Shown: positions 1 through 10,600 of the stretch, in pieces
How positions within the stretch are numbered: the stretch's first letter is position 1
How the letters are laid out: each line of letters starts with the position of its first letter
Source: Pseudomonas sp.
GTDB taxonomy: Bacteria; Pseudomonadota; Gammaproteobacteria; Pseudomonadales; Pseudomonadaceae
DNA length: 64,000 bases
Assembly (NCBI GenBank): GCA_044354115.1
Contig: JBILAR010000002.1
Span: 34,088-98,087 of the forward strand
Direction: 5' to 3'
Notes under the pieces: model-generated
Database searches by the model: none
What the model saw: only the letters and a program-made list of their open reading frames with translations
What the model was told of the DNA's origin: nothing
Position numbers and translations under genes: made by a program

Positions 1-1195
1 GGCGGATCACCGCATCACCGTCACGCGGGGCGATTTGAATCGCGCCGGTCAGCCCGCAGTTGCGGATATCGACGATGTGTTTGCTGCCTTTGAGGCCGTG
101 AATGCACTCTTCCAGCACCGGGGCCAAGGCCGCCGACTGCTCGATCAGGTTGTCGCGCTTGAGCAACTCCAAGGTCGCCAAGCCCGCCGCGCAAGACACC
201 GGGTGCCCCGAATAGGTGTAGCCGTGGCCGAACTCGACCATGTGCTCAGGGATCGCCTGATTCATAAAGGTGTTGTAAATCTCGCTCGAAGCAATCACCG
301 CGCCCAATGGAATCGCGCCATTGGTGATCTGCTTGGCGGTGTTCATGATGTCTGGAGTCACGCCAAAATATTCCGCGCCAGTCCAAGCCCCCATACGGCC
401 GAAGGCGGTGATCACCTCGTCAAAAATCAGCAAAATATTGTGCTGGGTGCAAATTTCGCGCAGCCGCTGCAGGTAGCCCACTGGCGGCACTATCACCCCG
501 GCCGAACCGGACATTGGCTCGACGATAACCGCGGCGATGTTCGAGGCGTCGTGCAACTCGATCAGTTTCAGCAATTCGTTGGCCAGTTCCACCCCGCCGG
601 TGGCGGCCATGCCCTTGGTGTACGCCAAGTGCGGCTGCAAGGTGTGCGGCAGGTGGTCGGCATCCATCAACTGGCCGAACATCTTGCGGTTACCACCGAT
701 GCCACCGAGGCTGGTGCCGGCGATATTCACCCCGTGGTAACCACGGGCACGGCCGATAAACTTAGTTTTGCTCGGCTGGCCCTTCAAGCGCCAGTAAGCC
801 TTGGCCATCTTCACCGAAGTATCGGCGCACTCCGAACCCGAGCCGGTGTAGAACACATGGTCGAGGCCGGCCGGGGTCAGCTCGATGATTTTCTCGGCCA
901 GCTGATAAGACAGCGGGTGACCGTACTGAAAGCCCGGCGCGTAATCGAGGGTGCCCAACTGCTTGGCCACGGCCTCTTGAATTTCTTTACGCGAGTGACC
1001 GGCGCCGCACGTCCACAGGCCCGACAAACTGTCGAAAATGCGCCGGCCCTTGTCGTCGACAAAATGATTGCCGTCAGCCGCCACGATGATGCGCGGGTCG
1101 CGCTTAAAGTTGCGGTTCGAAGAAAACGGCGCCCAATGGGCGTCCAGCTTAAGTTGGCTGGCCATCGGTGAGCTGGCGTTCTGCGGCATATTCAT
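1..1195 (-). CDS. bauA: beta-alanine--pyruvate (omega-amino acid) aminotransferase, class III PLP enzyme; 3' end lies beyond the window start
   Basis: Hand translation of the minus strand from ATG (plus-strand cat at 1193-1195) gives MNMPQNASSPMASQLKLDAHWAPFSSNRNFKRDPRIIVAADG...SGLWTCGAGHSRKEIQEAVAKQLGTLDYAPGFQYGHP...LIFDEVITAFGRMG...GHGYTYSGHP. The frame stays open to position 1. It is collinear with P. aeruginosa BauA as I remember it. It is absent from the track because there is no stop in the window; track ORF 35..1171(+) is its antisense shadow. Confidence 0.9.
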   Translation of the reverse strand, partial: MNMPQNASSPMASQLKLDAHWAPFSSNRNFKRDPRIIVAADGNHFVDDKGRRIFDSLSGLWTCGAGHSRKEIQEAVAKQLGTLDYAPGFQYGHPLSYQLAEKIIELTPAGLDHVFYTGSGSECADTSVKMAKAYWRLKGQPSKTKFIGRARGYHGVNIAGTSLGGIGGNRKMFGQLMDADHLPHTLQPHLAYTKGMAATGGVELANELLKLIELHDASNIAAVIVEPMSGSAGVIVPPVGYLQRLREICTQHNILLIFDEVITAFGRMGAWTGAEYFGVTPDIMNTAKQITNGAIPLGAVIASSEIYNTFMNQAIPEHMVEFGHGYTYSGHPVSCAAGLATLELLKRDNLIEQSAALAPVLEECIHGLKGSKHIVDIRNCGLTGAIQIAPRDGDAVIR

Positions 1196-1335
1196 GGAGC
1201 TATCTCGCACGTTAGGTGAACGGAGTAGTTAGGCTTGCAGCTAAATTGCCACAGGCTTAAAGTCGGTAAAACTCAAGCTTTACAAACATTAGATAGCCAA
1301 TCACTAAACAAACATCGACCTCCCGCAGCGTAACC

Positions 1336-1394
1336 GTAGGGCGGGTGAAACCCGCAGTTGGCGACGACGCGCTCGCGGGTTGCACCCGCCCTAC
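1336..1394. repeat. REP-like inverted pair (family C)
   Basis: GTAGGGCGGGTGAAACCCGC ... GCGGGTTGCACCCGCCCTAC read directly in the bauA/bauR divergent gap. A degenerate copy of the same pair is at 36083-36148. Confidence 0.7.
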
Positions 1395-1423
1395 ACAATC
1401 GCCACCCGCAAAAGAGCCAAACC

Positions 1424-2347
1424 ATGAGCACACGCCGCCCCACCCCGCTGGCCCAAGTCAGTGATTTTGATATTCGCCTGTTACGGATATTTCGCAGCGT
1501 AGTCGAGTGCGGCGGCTTCTCGGCGGCAGAAAGCGCCTTGGGCATTGGTCGCTCGGCGATCAGCCAGCAAATGAGCGACTTGGAGCAACGCCTCGGTTTG
1601 CGTCTGTGCCAGCGCGGCCGCGCCGGATTTGCCCTGACCGAGGAAGGCCGCGAGGTGTATCAGTCGTCCTTGCAACTGCTGACGGCGCTGGAGAGCTTTC
1701 GCACCGAGGTCAATGGCCTGCACCAGCACCTGCGCGGCGAACTGAATATCGGCCTGACCGACAATTTAGTCACAGTGCCGCATATGCGTATCACCCATGC
1801 CTTGGCGCGGCTGAAGGAGCGCGGCCCGGAGGTGCGCATTCAGATCCGCATGACCCCGCCCACCGAAGTCGAGCAAGGCGTGCTGGATGGCAGTCTGCAT
1901 GTGGGCGTGGTGCCGCAAGCCAGCGCCTTGGCCGGGCTGGAATATCAGCCGCTGTACAGCGAGCGTTCGCAACTGTATTGCGCGGTCGGCCATCCACTGT
2001 TTTATCTGGACGACAGTGAACTGCAAGACGCCCGCCTGCATGCACAAGACGCCATAGCCCCGACCTTCCGCCTGCCGCCTGAGGCCCAAGCCTGCTACCA
2101 AATGCTCAATTGCACGGCCAGCGCCTCGGACCGCGAAGGCATGGCGTTTTTGATTCTGACCGGCCGTTATATCGGCTATCTGCCCGACCATTACGCCCAA
2201 CAATGGCTGCAACAAGGCCGCCTGCGCGTGCTCAAACCCAGCAGTTGTTTTTATGAAGTCAGTTTGGCAGCAGTCACCCGCAAAGGCCGGCGCCCACATC
2301 TGGTACTGGAAAGCTTTCTCGAAGCGCTGGCGAGCAGCAGTAATTAA
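1424..2347 (+). CDS. bauR: LysR-family transcriptional regulator, divergent from bauA
   Basis: Track ORF 1358..2347 has a LysR HTH (LRIFRSVVECGGFSAAESALGIGRSAISQQMSDLEQRLG). I moved the start to ATG 1424 (MSTRRPTPLAQV...) because the upstream codons lie inside the REP. The symbol comes from the divergent pairing with bauA (memory of P. aeruginosa). Confidence 0.8.
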   Translation: MSTRRPTPLAQVSDFDIRLLRIFRSVVECGGFSAAESALGIGRSAISQQMSDLEQRLGLRLCQRGRAGFALTEEGREVYQSSLQLLTALESFRTEVNGLHQHLRGELNIGLTDNLVTVPHMRITHALARLKERGPEVRIQIRMTPPTEVEQGVLDGSLHVGVVPQASALAGLEYQPLYSERSQLYCAVGHPLFYLDDSELQDARLHAQDAIAPTFRLPPEAQACYQMLNCTASASDREGMAFLILTGRYIGYLPDHYAQQWLQQGRLRVLKPSSCFYEVSLAAVTRKGRRPHLVLESFLEALASSSN

Positions 2348-2498
2348 GGCTGCGACATGATGGCGCAGGACTGCCGAATAAGCTGACTATTTAAGCTCAT
2401 AGCGTGCCAATGGTCAGGTTTTATCGCATAGCCTATTGCCCTGTTTAGAAGGCTGCGCTATCAATGCGCACGCCTCCAAAACCGCCATGGAATGACCG

Positions 2499-3161
2499 AT
2501 GAGCAGCGACCGCAATAGCATCACTAAAGCCGAAAAAAGTACTGGGCAAATCCGCCTTAAAAACCAACAAGCCATCTTGGCCGCCGCCGCCGAAGAGTTC
2601 GCCTTACACGGTTTTAAAGGCACCAGCATGAACAGCATCGCCCTGCGCGTGGGCCTGCCAAAAGCCAACTTGCACTACTACTTCAGCAGCAAAGAAGGCC
2701 TGTATGTGGAGGTGATGCGCAATATTCTCGACCTCTGGGACAGCGCCTTTAGCAACCTAACAGCCGAGGATGACCCAGCCAGCGCACTGGCGGCCTATAT
2801 CAGCGCCAAGATGGAGTTCTCCCGCCGCCAACCGCAAGCCTCAAAGATTTTCGCCATGGAGGTGATCAGCGGCGGTGAATGCATGACCGAGCACTTCAAC
2901 CATAACTACCAAGAGTGGTTCCGGGGCCGCGCCGCCGTGTTTCAAGCGTGGATCGACCAAGGCAAGATGGACCCAATAGATCCGGTGCATCTGATCTTCC
3001 TGCTGTGGGGCAGCAGCCAGTATTACGCCGACCACTCCAGCTCCATCTGCCGGGTCAGCGGTCGTTCGCGCCAGACCAAAGAAGACTTCGCCAAAGCCAC
3101 CGCCAACCTCACGCACATCATCCTCAAAGGCTGCGGCCTGACCCCGCCCGCCCACGCCTAA
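2499..3161 (+). CDS. TetR-family transcriptional regulator, RutR-like
   Basis: TetR HTH (AAAEEFALHGFKGTSMNSIALRVGLPKANLHYYFSSKEGLY). The C-terminal PIDPVHLIFLLWGSSQYYAD is collinear with E. coli RutR PIDPQHLIFMIWASTQHYAD (from memory). Confidence 0.85.
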   Translation: MSSDRNSITKAEKSTGQIRLKNQQAILAAAAEEFALHGFKGTSMNSIALRVGLPKANLHYYFSSKEGLYVEVMRNILDLWDSAFSNLTAEDDPASALAAYISAKMEFSRRQPQASKIFAMEVISGGECMTEHFNHNYQEWFRGRAAVFQAWIDQGKMDPIDPVHLIFLLWGSSQYYADHSSSICRVSGRSRQTKEDFAKATANLTHIILKGCGLTPPAHA

Positions 3162-3203
3162 ATTTCATTCCGCTATCATCGGACACGGCGGTGCACGCAG
3201 TTC

Positions 3204-3406
3204 GTAGGGTGGGTTAGCGGCGCTACGCGACTCAAACCTTTGCTCGCCGTCAGTGCGCCGCGTAACCCACCGAGCGGTTTCAGAGCTTTTGCTGGGTTAG
3301 CGCGGCATAGGCCCGGTGCCGAGCCTGTGACGCAGCAACCCACCAGCGGGGCAGACCGAGCATCGCTGGCGATCCATAACAGCATCGCCAGCAAGCAGGC
3401 TCCTAC
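3204..3406. repeat. Cluster of REP-like units (family B GTAGGGTGGGTTAGCGGCG / GCGCCGCGTAACCCACC types, plus one family A unit)
   Basis: Read directly: GTAGGGTGGGTTAGCGGCGCTACGCG at 3204-3229, GCGCCGCGTAACCCACC at 3255-3271, GGGTTAGCGCGGC at 3294-3306, GCAACCCACC at 3344-3353, and ATCGCCAGCAAGCAGGCTCCTAC at 3384-3406. Confidence 0.7.
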
Positions 3407-3441
3407 ACGTTAAAAGCGCCCACAACTTCTGTGCACAGCGC

Positions 3442-3662
3442 TGTGGATAAGCCTTGGACAGCCATCGCCAGCCCTGTGTCTATGGGCGCTGGCGATGATT
3501 GGTTGTTTTTCGATCAGCCCACCTCAGAAAGCCTAAGCACAGAGATAACAAGCTGTTTTTACTGATTTTTTTGACTTATTCAGCCGCCGTTTCGGGCTCT
3601 ATCGCGGATTTTATCCACGCGTAAAAGTTGTCCCCGGCCATTGGGGACAAAACTGTGGATAA
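3442..3662. promoter_or_regulatory. Cluster of DnaA-box 9-mers (two perfect, one 8/9) with an embedded hairpin
   Basis: TGTGGATAA at 3442-3450 and 3654-3662 is the reverse complement of TTATCCACA. TTATCCACG is at 3611-3619. Hairpin TTGTCCCC-N7-GGGGACAA is at 3628-3650. A T/A-rich tract is at 3551-3580. The motifs are certain; their function is not. Confidence 0.5.
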
Positions 3663-3847
3663 GCATTGCACTAGCCACCTTGAACCTTGCCTGGCGCGGC
3701 CTTGGGAAAGTTGTTTAAATTTTAACCAGCCCTTCATTAAAGCGTCATCCGCCAGTGCTGCTGCATGCCCCGGATCGCAATGCGAATGGCAACTGCCACC
3801 CCGCGACTCGAGCCGCTAGACTAGGGGCAACTATCACCTGCCCATGA

Positions 3848-4804
<957 letters not shown>

Positions 4805-4868
4805 GCGTTAAGCCGCAGCAGCCTGCCGCATAAAACAAGATCCAGCGCCACCGTACAAGGAGTTAACC

Positions 4869-6062
4869 GTGACCCTGCAACCCTTACATACCTTGCTCGC
4901 CGCCGTGTTGGTGTTGCTGCTTGGCTACGGCCTGAACCGACTGGTGCCAGTGCTGGCGCGCTATAACATTCCGGCGCCTATTACCGGCGGTTTATTGTTT
5001 GCCGTGGTTATGCTGATTGTCAGCAGCAGCAGCGGTTTTAGTCTCGAATTTGATGTAACCCTAAAGCCAATACTAATGCTGTCGTTCTTCGCCGCCGTGG
5101 GTTTGTCGGCCAACCTCAGTCTGCTCCGCCAAGGTGGTAAACGCTTGCTGCTGTTTGTGCTGGTGCTGATCCCGTTTTTAGTCCTGCAAAATGGCTTGGG
5201 CGTGTTGATGGCGTGGGGGCTAGACCTGCATCCACTGATGGGCTTGATTGGCGGCTCCATCACTTTGATCGGCGGGCATGGCACGGGCGCCGCCTATGCC
5301 GAACGCTTTGCCGAGGTAAATAACCTGCAGTCGATTATGGAGCTGTCGATGACCGGCGCCACCCTCGGCCTGGTGCTCGGCGGGATTGCCGGCGGGCCTT
5401 TGGCGCAGTGGTTAATTCGCCGGCACAAGCTGGCCGACGCCAGCGGACATGCCGCCGAGGTGGTACACGGCAGCGATGCGGATGCCACGCAAATCGCCCC
5501 AAGCAATTTTATCCCGGTGCTGGCCGCCACCTTGGTCGCCGTGGTCGCGGGCCAAGCGCTGTCGGATTGGATTGGCAACTCGGTGGTGACCCTGCCGAGT
5601 TTTCTCTGCTGCATGTTGTTTGGGGTGGTGATCCGCAACGTCGGTAATTTGCTCGGCTGGCGTTTAAACGATGACGCCATTGAACTGACTTCATCGGTGA
5701 ATTTGTCACTATTTCTGGCCATCACCATGATGGCGCTGAATCTGGCCAGCGTGATTAGTTTGGCCGGCCCACTGCTGCTTATTCTCGCCGCGCAACTGCT
5801 GCTGGTGTTGGTCTACGGCGCATTTGTGGTGTATCGCAGCGTTGGCCGCGATTACGAGGGGGCAGTGATGTCGGCGGCCTTTTGTGGCTTTGCCATGGGT
5901 GCCACGGCCACGGCCATCGCCAATATGCAGGCCATCACCCAGCGCTACGGCCCAGCGCCGCAAGCCTTTATGGTGGTGCCACTGGTGGGCGCATTCTTGA
6001 TCGACATTCTTAACGCGGTGGTGATCACCGGCTTCCTCTCACTCGCCTGGGTAGGAGCTTAA
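4869..6062 (+). CDS. gltS: sodium/glutamate symporter
   Basis: A 397-aa polytopic membrane protein. The N-terminus LLGYGLNRLVPVLARYNIPAPITGGLLFAV and overall length are typical of GltS. GTG start. Confidence 0.85.
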   Translation: MTLQPLHTLLAAVLVLLLGYGLNRLVPVLARYNIPAPITGGLLFAVVMLIVSSSSGFSLEFDVTLKPILMLSFFAAVGLSANLSLLRQGGKRLLLFVLVLIPFLVLQNGLGVLMAWGLDLHPLMGLIGGSITLIGGHGTGAAYAERFAEVNNLQSIMELSMTGATLGLVLGGIAGGPLAQWLIRRHKLADASGHAAEVVHGSDADATQIAPSNFIPVLAATLVAVVAGQALSDWIGNSVVTLPSFLCCMLFGVVIRNVGNLLGWRLNDDAIELTSSVNLSLFLAITMMALNLASVISLAGPLLLILAAQLLLVLVYGAFVVYRSVGRDYEGAVMSAAFCGFAMGATATAIANMQAITQRYGPAPQAFMVVPLVGAFLIDILNAVVITGFLSLAWVGA

Positions 6063-6064
6063 AC

Positions 6065-7555
6065 ATGCGCCCTTTACTGATACTGCTCAGCTGCCTGCTG
6101 CTGATGGCCTGCTCACGCGGCCCCGATCACGCCAGCCTGCAAGCCGATCTCAGCACGCAGCTGCAACAGGTGTTCGGCGACCAACTGCAACTCACCGAAC
6201 TGCACCGCCGTGGCTCAGCCACCGACACCCAAGCACCGGGCGGCACGGAACGGCTGGTGGTGTATTACGACGCGCAATTAAAGCTTGAAAAAAATTATGA
6301 CTTTGGCGCTTGGGACTCGCCCGGCGCAGCCAGCTTGCTCAGCACCCTAGGCGCCGGCCCGCGCGGGATTAGCGGCATTCTCAGCGGTGGCAATCAGGCC
6401 AATGACGTGCTGCAGGTGCACGGCAGTTTGATCTACCAACGCCACGCCGATGGCTGGCAGCCGGTAGTTGCGCAGGGTTTTAAACAACCGCAGCAAGCCA
6501 AAACCGCCAGCAACGACAATTCGCCACTGATTGCCGCCATCAGCACCGCCCTAAACCTTGCGCCCGGCGGCTCAAGCCGGCAAACCCAAGCAGTGATTAG
6601 CGATGAAGTGAATCGCACTCTGGCCAATATCCAAGGCCGTCTAAGCCGACAAGAACAAGGCTATGCACTGGCCAGCGGGGCCATTTATGGCCAATACAAT
6701 CGCTTTGCTACGGCCCTAGCGGCGCTGCTCAGCGAGAAGAACATCAAACTCAGCCCGCTACTGACCGAGGGTGGCCTAGACAACTTGCGCATGCTGCGCG
6801 AAGGCACGGTGCAACTGGCAATTTCCCAGAGTGACTCGGCCTATCAAGCCGTACACGGCAGCGGCGCCTTTCAACACGACGGCCCCAACCTCAGCCTGCG
6901 CGCACTGGCCAGTTTGTATCCAGAACCGCTGCATGTGCTGGTGCGCGCCGACGGCCCACAAAGCGTACGCGAACTAGGCGGCAAACGAGTCAACCTCGGC
7001 CCGCAAGGCAGCGCCTCACGGGCGACCGCAGAGGCTGTATTAAGCGCCTATGGCTGGTCAGCCGGTGACCTAGCCAACAGCGCCGAACTGGAATTACCGG
7101 CGGCGCTGGCCGCCTTACGCGATGGTCAGATCGACGCCGTGCTGCAGGTCATAGGCACGCCCGCCGACACCATCAGCGCCGCCAGTGACGCCCTCGACCT
7201 GCGCCTGCTGGCGCTCGAACCACAGATCATCAGCGAGTTACAACGCAGCCGCCCCGGCACCTTCGCCTTTGACCTCGCCGTCGGCAGCTACCCACGGCAA
7301 ACCCAAGCCGTGAGCACTTTGGCCGTCAGCAGCCTGCTGTTGGGCGAGCAAGCGCTAACCAATCGTGAGGTTGAACAGCTGGTCACGGTGCTCTTCGAGT
7401 CTGGCCAGCAATGGCTGCAACTCGGCAGCGTGCAAGGCACGCAACTGTCGGCCAGCGAAGAGGTGCGCGACCTTGGTATACCTTTGCACGAAGGCGCCGC
7501 GCGCGCCCTGCAGCAACGCCGCGCCAGCAAGCCACAAGAGCAAACGGGCGGATAA
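6065..7555 (+). CDS. lipoprotein with an unassigned ~195-aa N-terminal region and a C-terminal TAXI-family (TRAP-type) solute-binding domain
   Basis: Lipobox LLLMAC-S. The C-terminal two thirds (YGQYNRFATALAALL...GGLDNLRMLREGTVQLAISQSD...GGKRVNLGPQGSASRATAEAVLSAYGW...LHEGAARAL) look like a TAXI SBP. ATG is 2 nt after the gltS stop, with GGAG inside the gltS 3' end. Confidence 0.75.
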   Translation: MRPLLILLSCLLLMACSRGPDHASLQADLSTQLQQVFGDQLQLTELHRRGSATDTQAPGGTERLVVYYDAQLKLEKNYDFGAWDSPGAASLLSTLGAGPRGISGILSGGNQANDVLQVHGSLIYQRHADGWQPVVAQGFKQPQQAKTASNDNSPLIAAISTALNLAPGGSSRQTQAVISDEVNRTLANIQGRLSRQEQGYALASGAIYGQYNRFATALAALLSEKNIKLSPLLTEGGLDNLRMLREGTVQLAISQSDSAYQAVHGSGAFQHDGPNLSLRALASLYPEPLHVLVRADGPQSVRELGGKRVNLGPQGSASRATAEAVLSAYGWSAGDLANSAELELPAALAALRDGQIDAVLQVIGTPADTISAASDALDLRLLALEPQIISELQRSRPGTFAFDLAVGSYPRQTQAVSTLAVSSLLLGEQALTNREVEQLVTVLFESGQQWLQLGSVQGTQLSASEEVRDLGIPLHEGAARALQQRRASKPQEQTGG

Positions 7556-7663
7556 TTTTTAGCCGATTAGCGGCCCCTGCGCCCTGAAAGGCTACGCTTA
7601 AGCAGGTCTGCAAGGGCGAGCACTGACATTCCAGCGCTGCTCGCCCAGCCTCGAGGAAAAACG

Positions 7664-10600
7664 ATGCAACCCGACTTGCACCAGCCACTGCGCTTAGCCG
7701 GTATTTACCTGCTGTTTAGCGTTACTTGGATTGTTTTCAGTGACCGCCTGCTGAGCTCGTTGGGCTTAGACAGCGCGAGCAACGCCGCCCTGCAAACCTA
7801 TAAGGGCCTGGCCTTTGTGCTGCTCAGCAGCTTACTGGTGGGCGCCCTGAGCCTGCACGAGCAACGCGCCAAACGCCGTTTGCTCGAGGCACTTGGTGCC
7901 AGCAATCAACTATTGCAGCAAACCCAACTGAACGCCGGCATGGGTAACTGGCACTTTCAGCAGCATTTCAACTGGTCCGCGCCGGCCTTGGCGCTGCTCG
8001 GTCAGCCGCCGGAGTGTCGCGCCAACAGCTTTGCCGAGTTGCTTGACTGGCTACACCCAAACGATCGCCAAAGCGCCACTGATGCTTGGCAAAACCTGCT
8101 CAACGGCAGCGATGACCTGCACATCAGCCTGCGTCTAGAGCCCGGCGACTCTGGTCGCTCGCGCTACTTGCTGCTGCGTGGCCAAGCCGATGCACACGGC
8201 GGTTTTTACGGCAGCCTGCAGGACATCAGCCAACAGCAGCGCGACGAGCAGGCGCTACGCGAGAGCGAGCTACGTTTTCGCCAACTGTTTGAACACACGC
8301 CACGGATTGCCGTACAGGGCTACAACGATCAGCGCCGGGTGATTTACTGGAATCAAGCCAGTTGCGAGCTCTACGGCTACTCACGCAACGAGGCCATCGG
8401 CCAGACCCTAGAACAGCTGATTATCCCCGTGCCGCAGCGCATGCAAGTGGCTCACGACGTGCAACAAATGCTCAACGGCGGCAGCACAATTCCCGCCAGC
8501 GAGTTGCAACTACAAAACAAACACGGCGAGCCGGTGGCGGTGTATTCCAGTCACCTGTTGCTGCACAACAGCCATGGACAAGTCGAACTGTACTGCGTCG
8601 ACATCGACCTCAGCGCGCAAAAAGCCGCCAACAACGCCCTGCACGACAGTGAAGCGCGTTACCGGCGACTGGTTAATCAGCTCGATGAGGCGATTTTCCT
8701 CTGCGACCAACAGCTGTGTTTAAGCTATCTCAATCCGGCCTGGGCGATACTCACCGGCTATGCCGAGCACAGCAGCCTCGGGCAAAGTTTGCTGAACTTT
8801 TTACATGAAGGTGCGGGCAAAACAGTGGCCGAGCACGCCCAGCAAATCCTGCACGGGCAGCTACTGGGCTGGAGTTTTGAGTGCCGCGTACGCCGCGCCG
8901 ACGGCCGCCTGCATTGGGTTGAGCTGCAACTCAACCGCGATGACAACCAACACCTGCAAGGCAGCCTGCAAGACATCCACGCCCAGCATCAGGCGCAAGA
9001 ACTGCAACGGGCGCGCAATGTGGTGCTCGACCAACTGTTGGCGCAAGCGCCGCTAAGCAGCACCCTGAACAGCATCGCCAACCACCTAGAGGCACTCAAC
9101 CCGCAGATGCGCGTGTCGATCATGCTGCTGCGCGGCGGCAATCTGTACATCGCCGCCGCACCGAGCCTGCCCAGCGACTACAACGCCGCCGTCGATGGCA
9201 TCGCGGCAAACTTAGGCATAGGTTCGTGCGGGCACGCCGCCGCCAGCGGCGAACTGGTGATTGCCGAAGACCTACAAAACCACCCGAACTGGCAAAACTA
9301 CCGCGCGCTAACCAAAGCCGCCGACCTGCACGCCTGCTGGTCGCTGCCGTTTAAAGATGACAGCGGCCAGGTGCTAGGCACCTTCGGCATTTACTACCGC
9401 GAGCCGAGCCTACCCAGTGACGACGATATCGCCCTAGTCACCGAGTTCACTCGCCTCGCCGGGCTGGCCTTACACCAGCAGCAACTCGATGCCGCACGCC
9501 AGCAGCATGAACACGCGCTGCGCCAAGCCGCCACGGTATTTGAGAGCACCCGCGAGGCGGTGCTGATTGTCGACCAGCAGCACCGTATTCTGGCCAGCAA
9601 CCCCGCCTACGCGGCCATTACCGGGCTAGACACTGGCGCCAGCACCGGTCAACGCTTACCGCTACTACTGAGTACCGCCACTGAGCGCAGCCGTTATCGC
9701 AGTATCTGGCGCGGGCTCAAACAACAGGGCGACTGGGAAGGTGAACTCAGCGCCCGGCGCCTCGATGGCTCACTCTGCCCGCTGTGGTTAAACGCCAGCC
9801 GGGTACACGACTGCGACCCACTGCAGCCGCAGTATGTGCTGGCCTTTACCGACCTGAGCCTGTTCAAAGACAGCCAAGAGCGGCTGGCCCACTTGGCCCA
9901 CTACGACACCCTCACCGACCTGCCCAACCGGCTGTTCGCCCATCAACGTCTTACCCATGCGCTAGAGCGTGCGCAGCGGCATGGCGAATCGGTGGCGGTA
10001 TTATTCGTCGACCTCGACCACTTCAAAACCATCAACGACGGCCTCGGCCATGCGGTTGGTGATGAGCTGTTGATTACCGTGGCCCGTCGCTTGCAGCAGC
10101 GCTTGCGCAACGAAGACACCTTGGCGCGCATAGGTGGCGATGAATTCTTGGTGGTGCTGGAGAACCTCGAACAACCCGAAGAGGCCGCGCAAACGGCGCA
10201 AGCCTTGATCCAGTTATTTGAGCGGCCACTGCCGTTGGGCAACGAGCGCGACGCCTACTTAGGCGCCAGCATCGGCATCAGCTATTACCCCAACGACGGA
10301 CAAAGCGCCGACGAACTGATTCGCAATGCCGACGCCGCGCTCTATCAAGCCAAAGCCGAAGGGCGCAACACTTACAGGTTCTACACCCAAGCGCTGACCG
10401 AGCGGGCGCATAACCGTTTAAACATGGAGAGCAAGCTGCGCCAAGCCATCAAACAAGGCGAATTTATCCTGCACTACCAGCCGCTGGTCGACACCCACAG
10501 CGGCCAGCCGTTAGGCGTCGAGGCACTGGTGCGCTGGAACAGCCCTGAGGGCATGATCTCGCCGGCCGAGTTTATTCCGCTAGCCGAAGACACCGGGCTG

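Noticed and set aside
35-1171. 378-aa plus-strand ORF covering the first 1.2 kb
   Set aside because: The minus strand here encodes an unmistakable BauA-type aminotransferase. The plus ORF is Arg/Ala/Gly/His-rich with no recognisable motif, as expected of a high-G+C antisense shadow.
2400-2420. gtgccaatggtcagg upstream of the RutR-like gene, considered as a RutR operator (TTGACCAnnTGGTCAA)
   Set aside because: Only the TGGTCA half-site matches, and the left half does not align. This is too weak to call.
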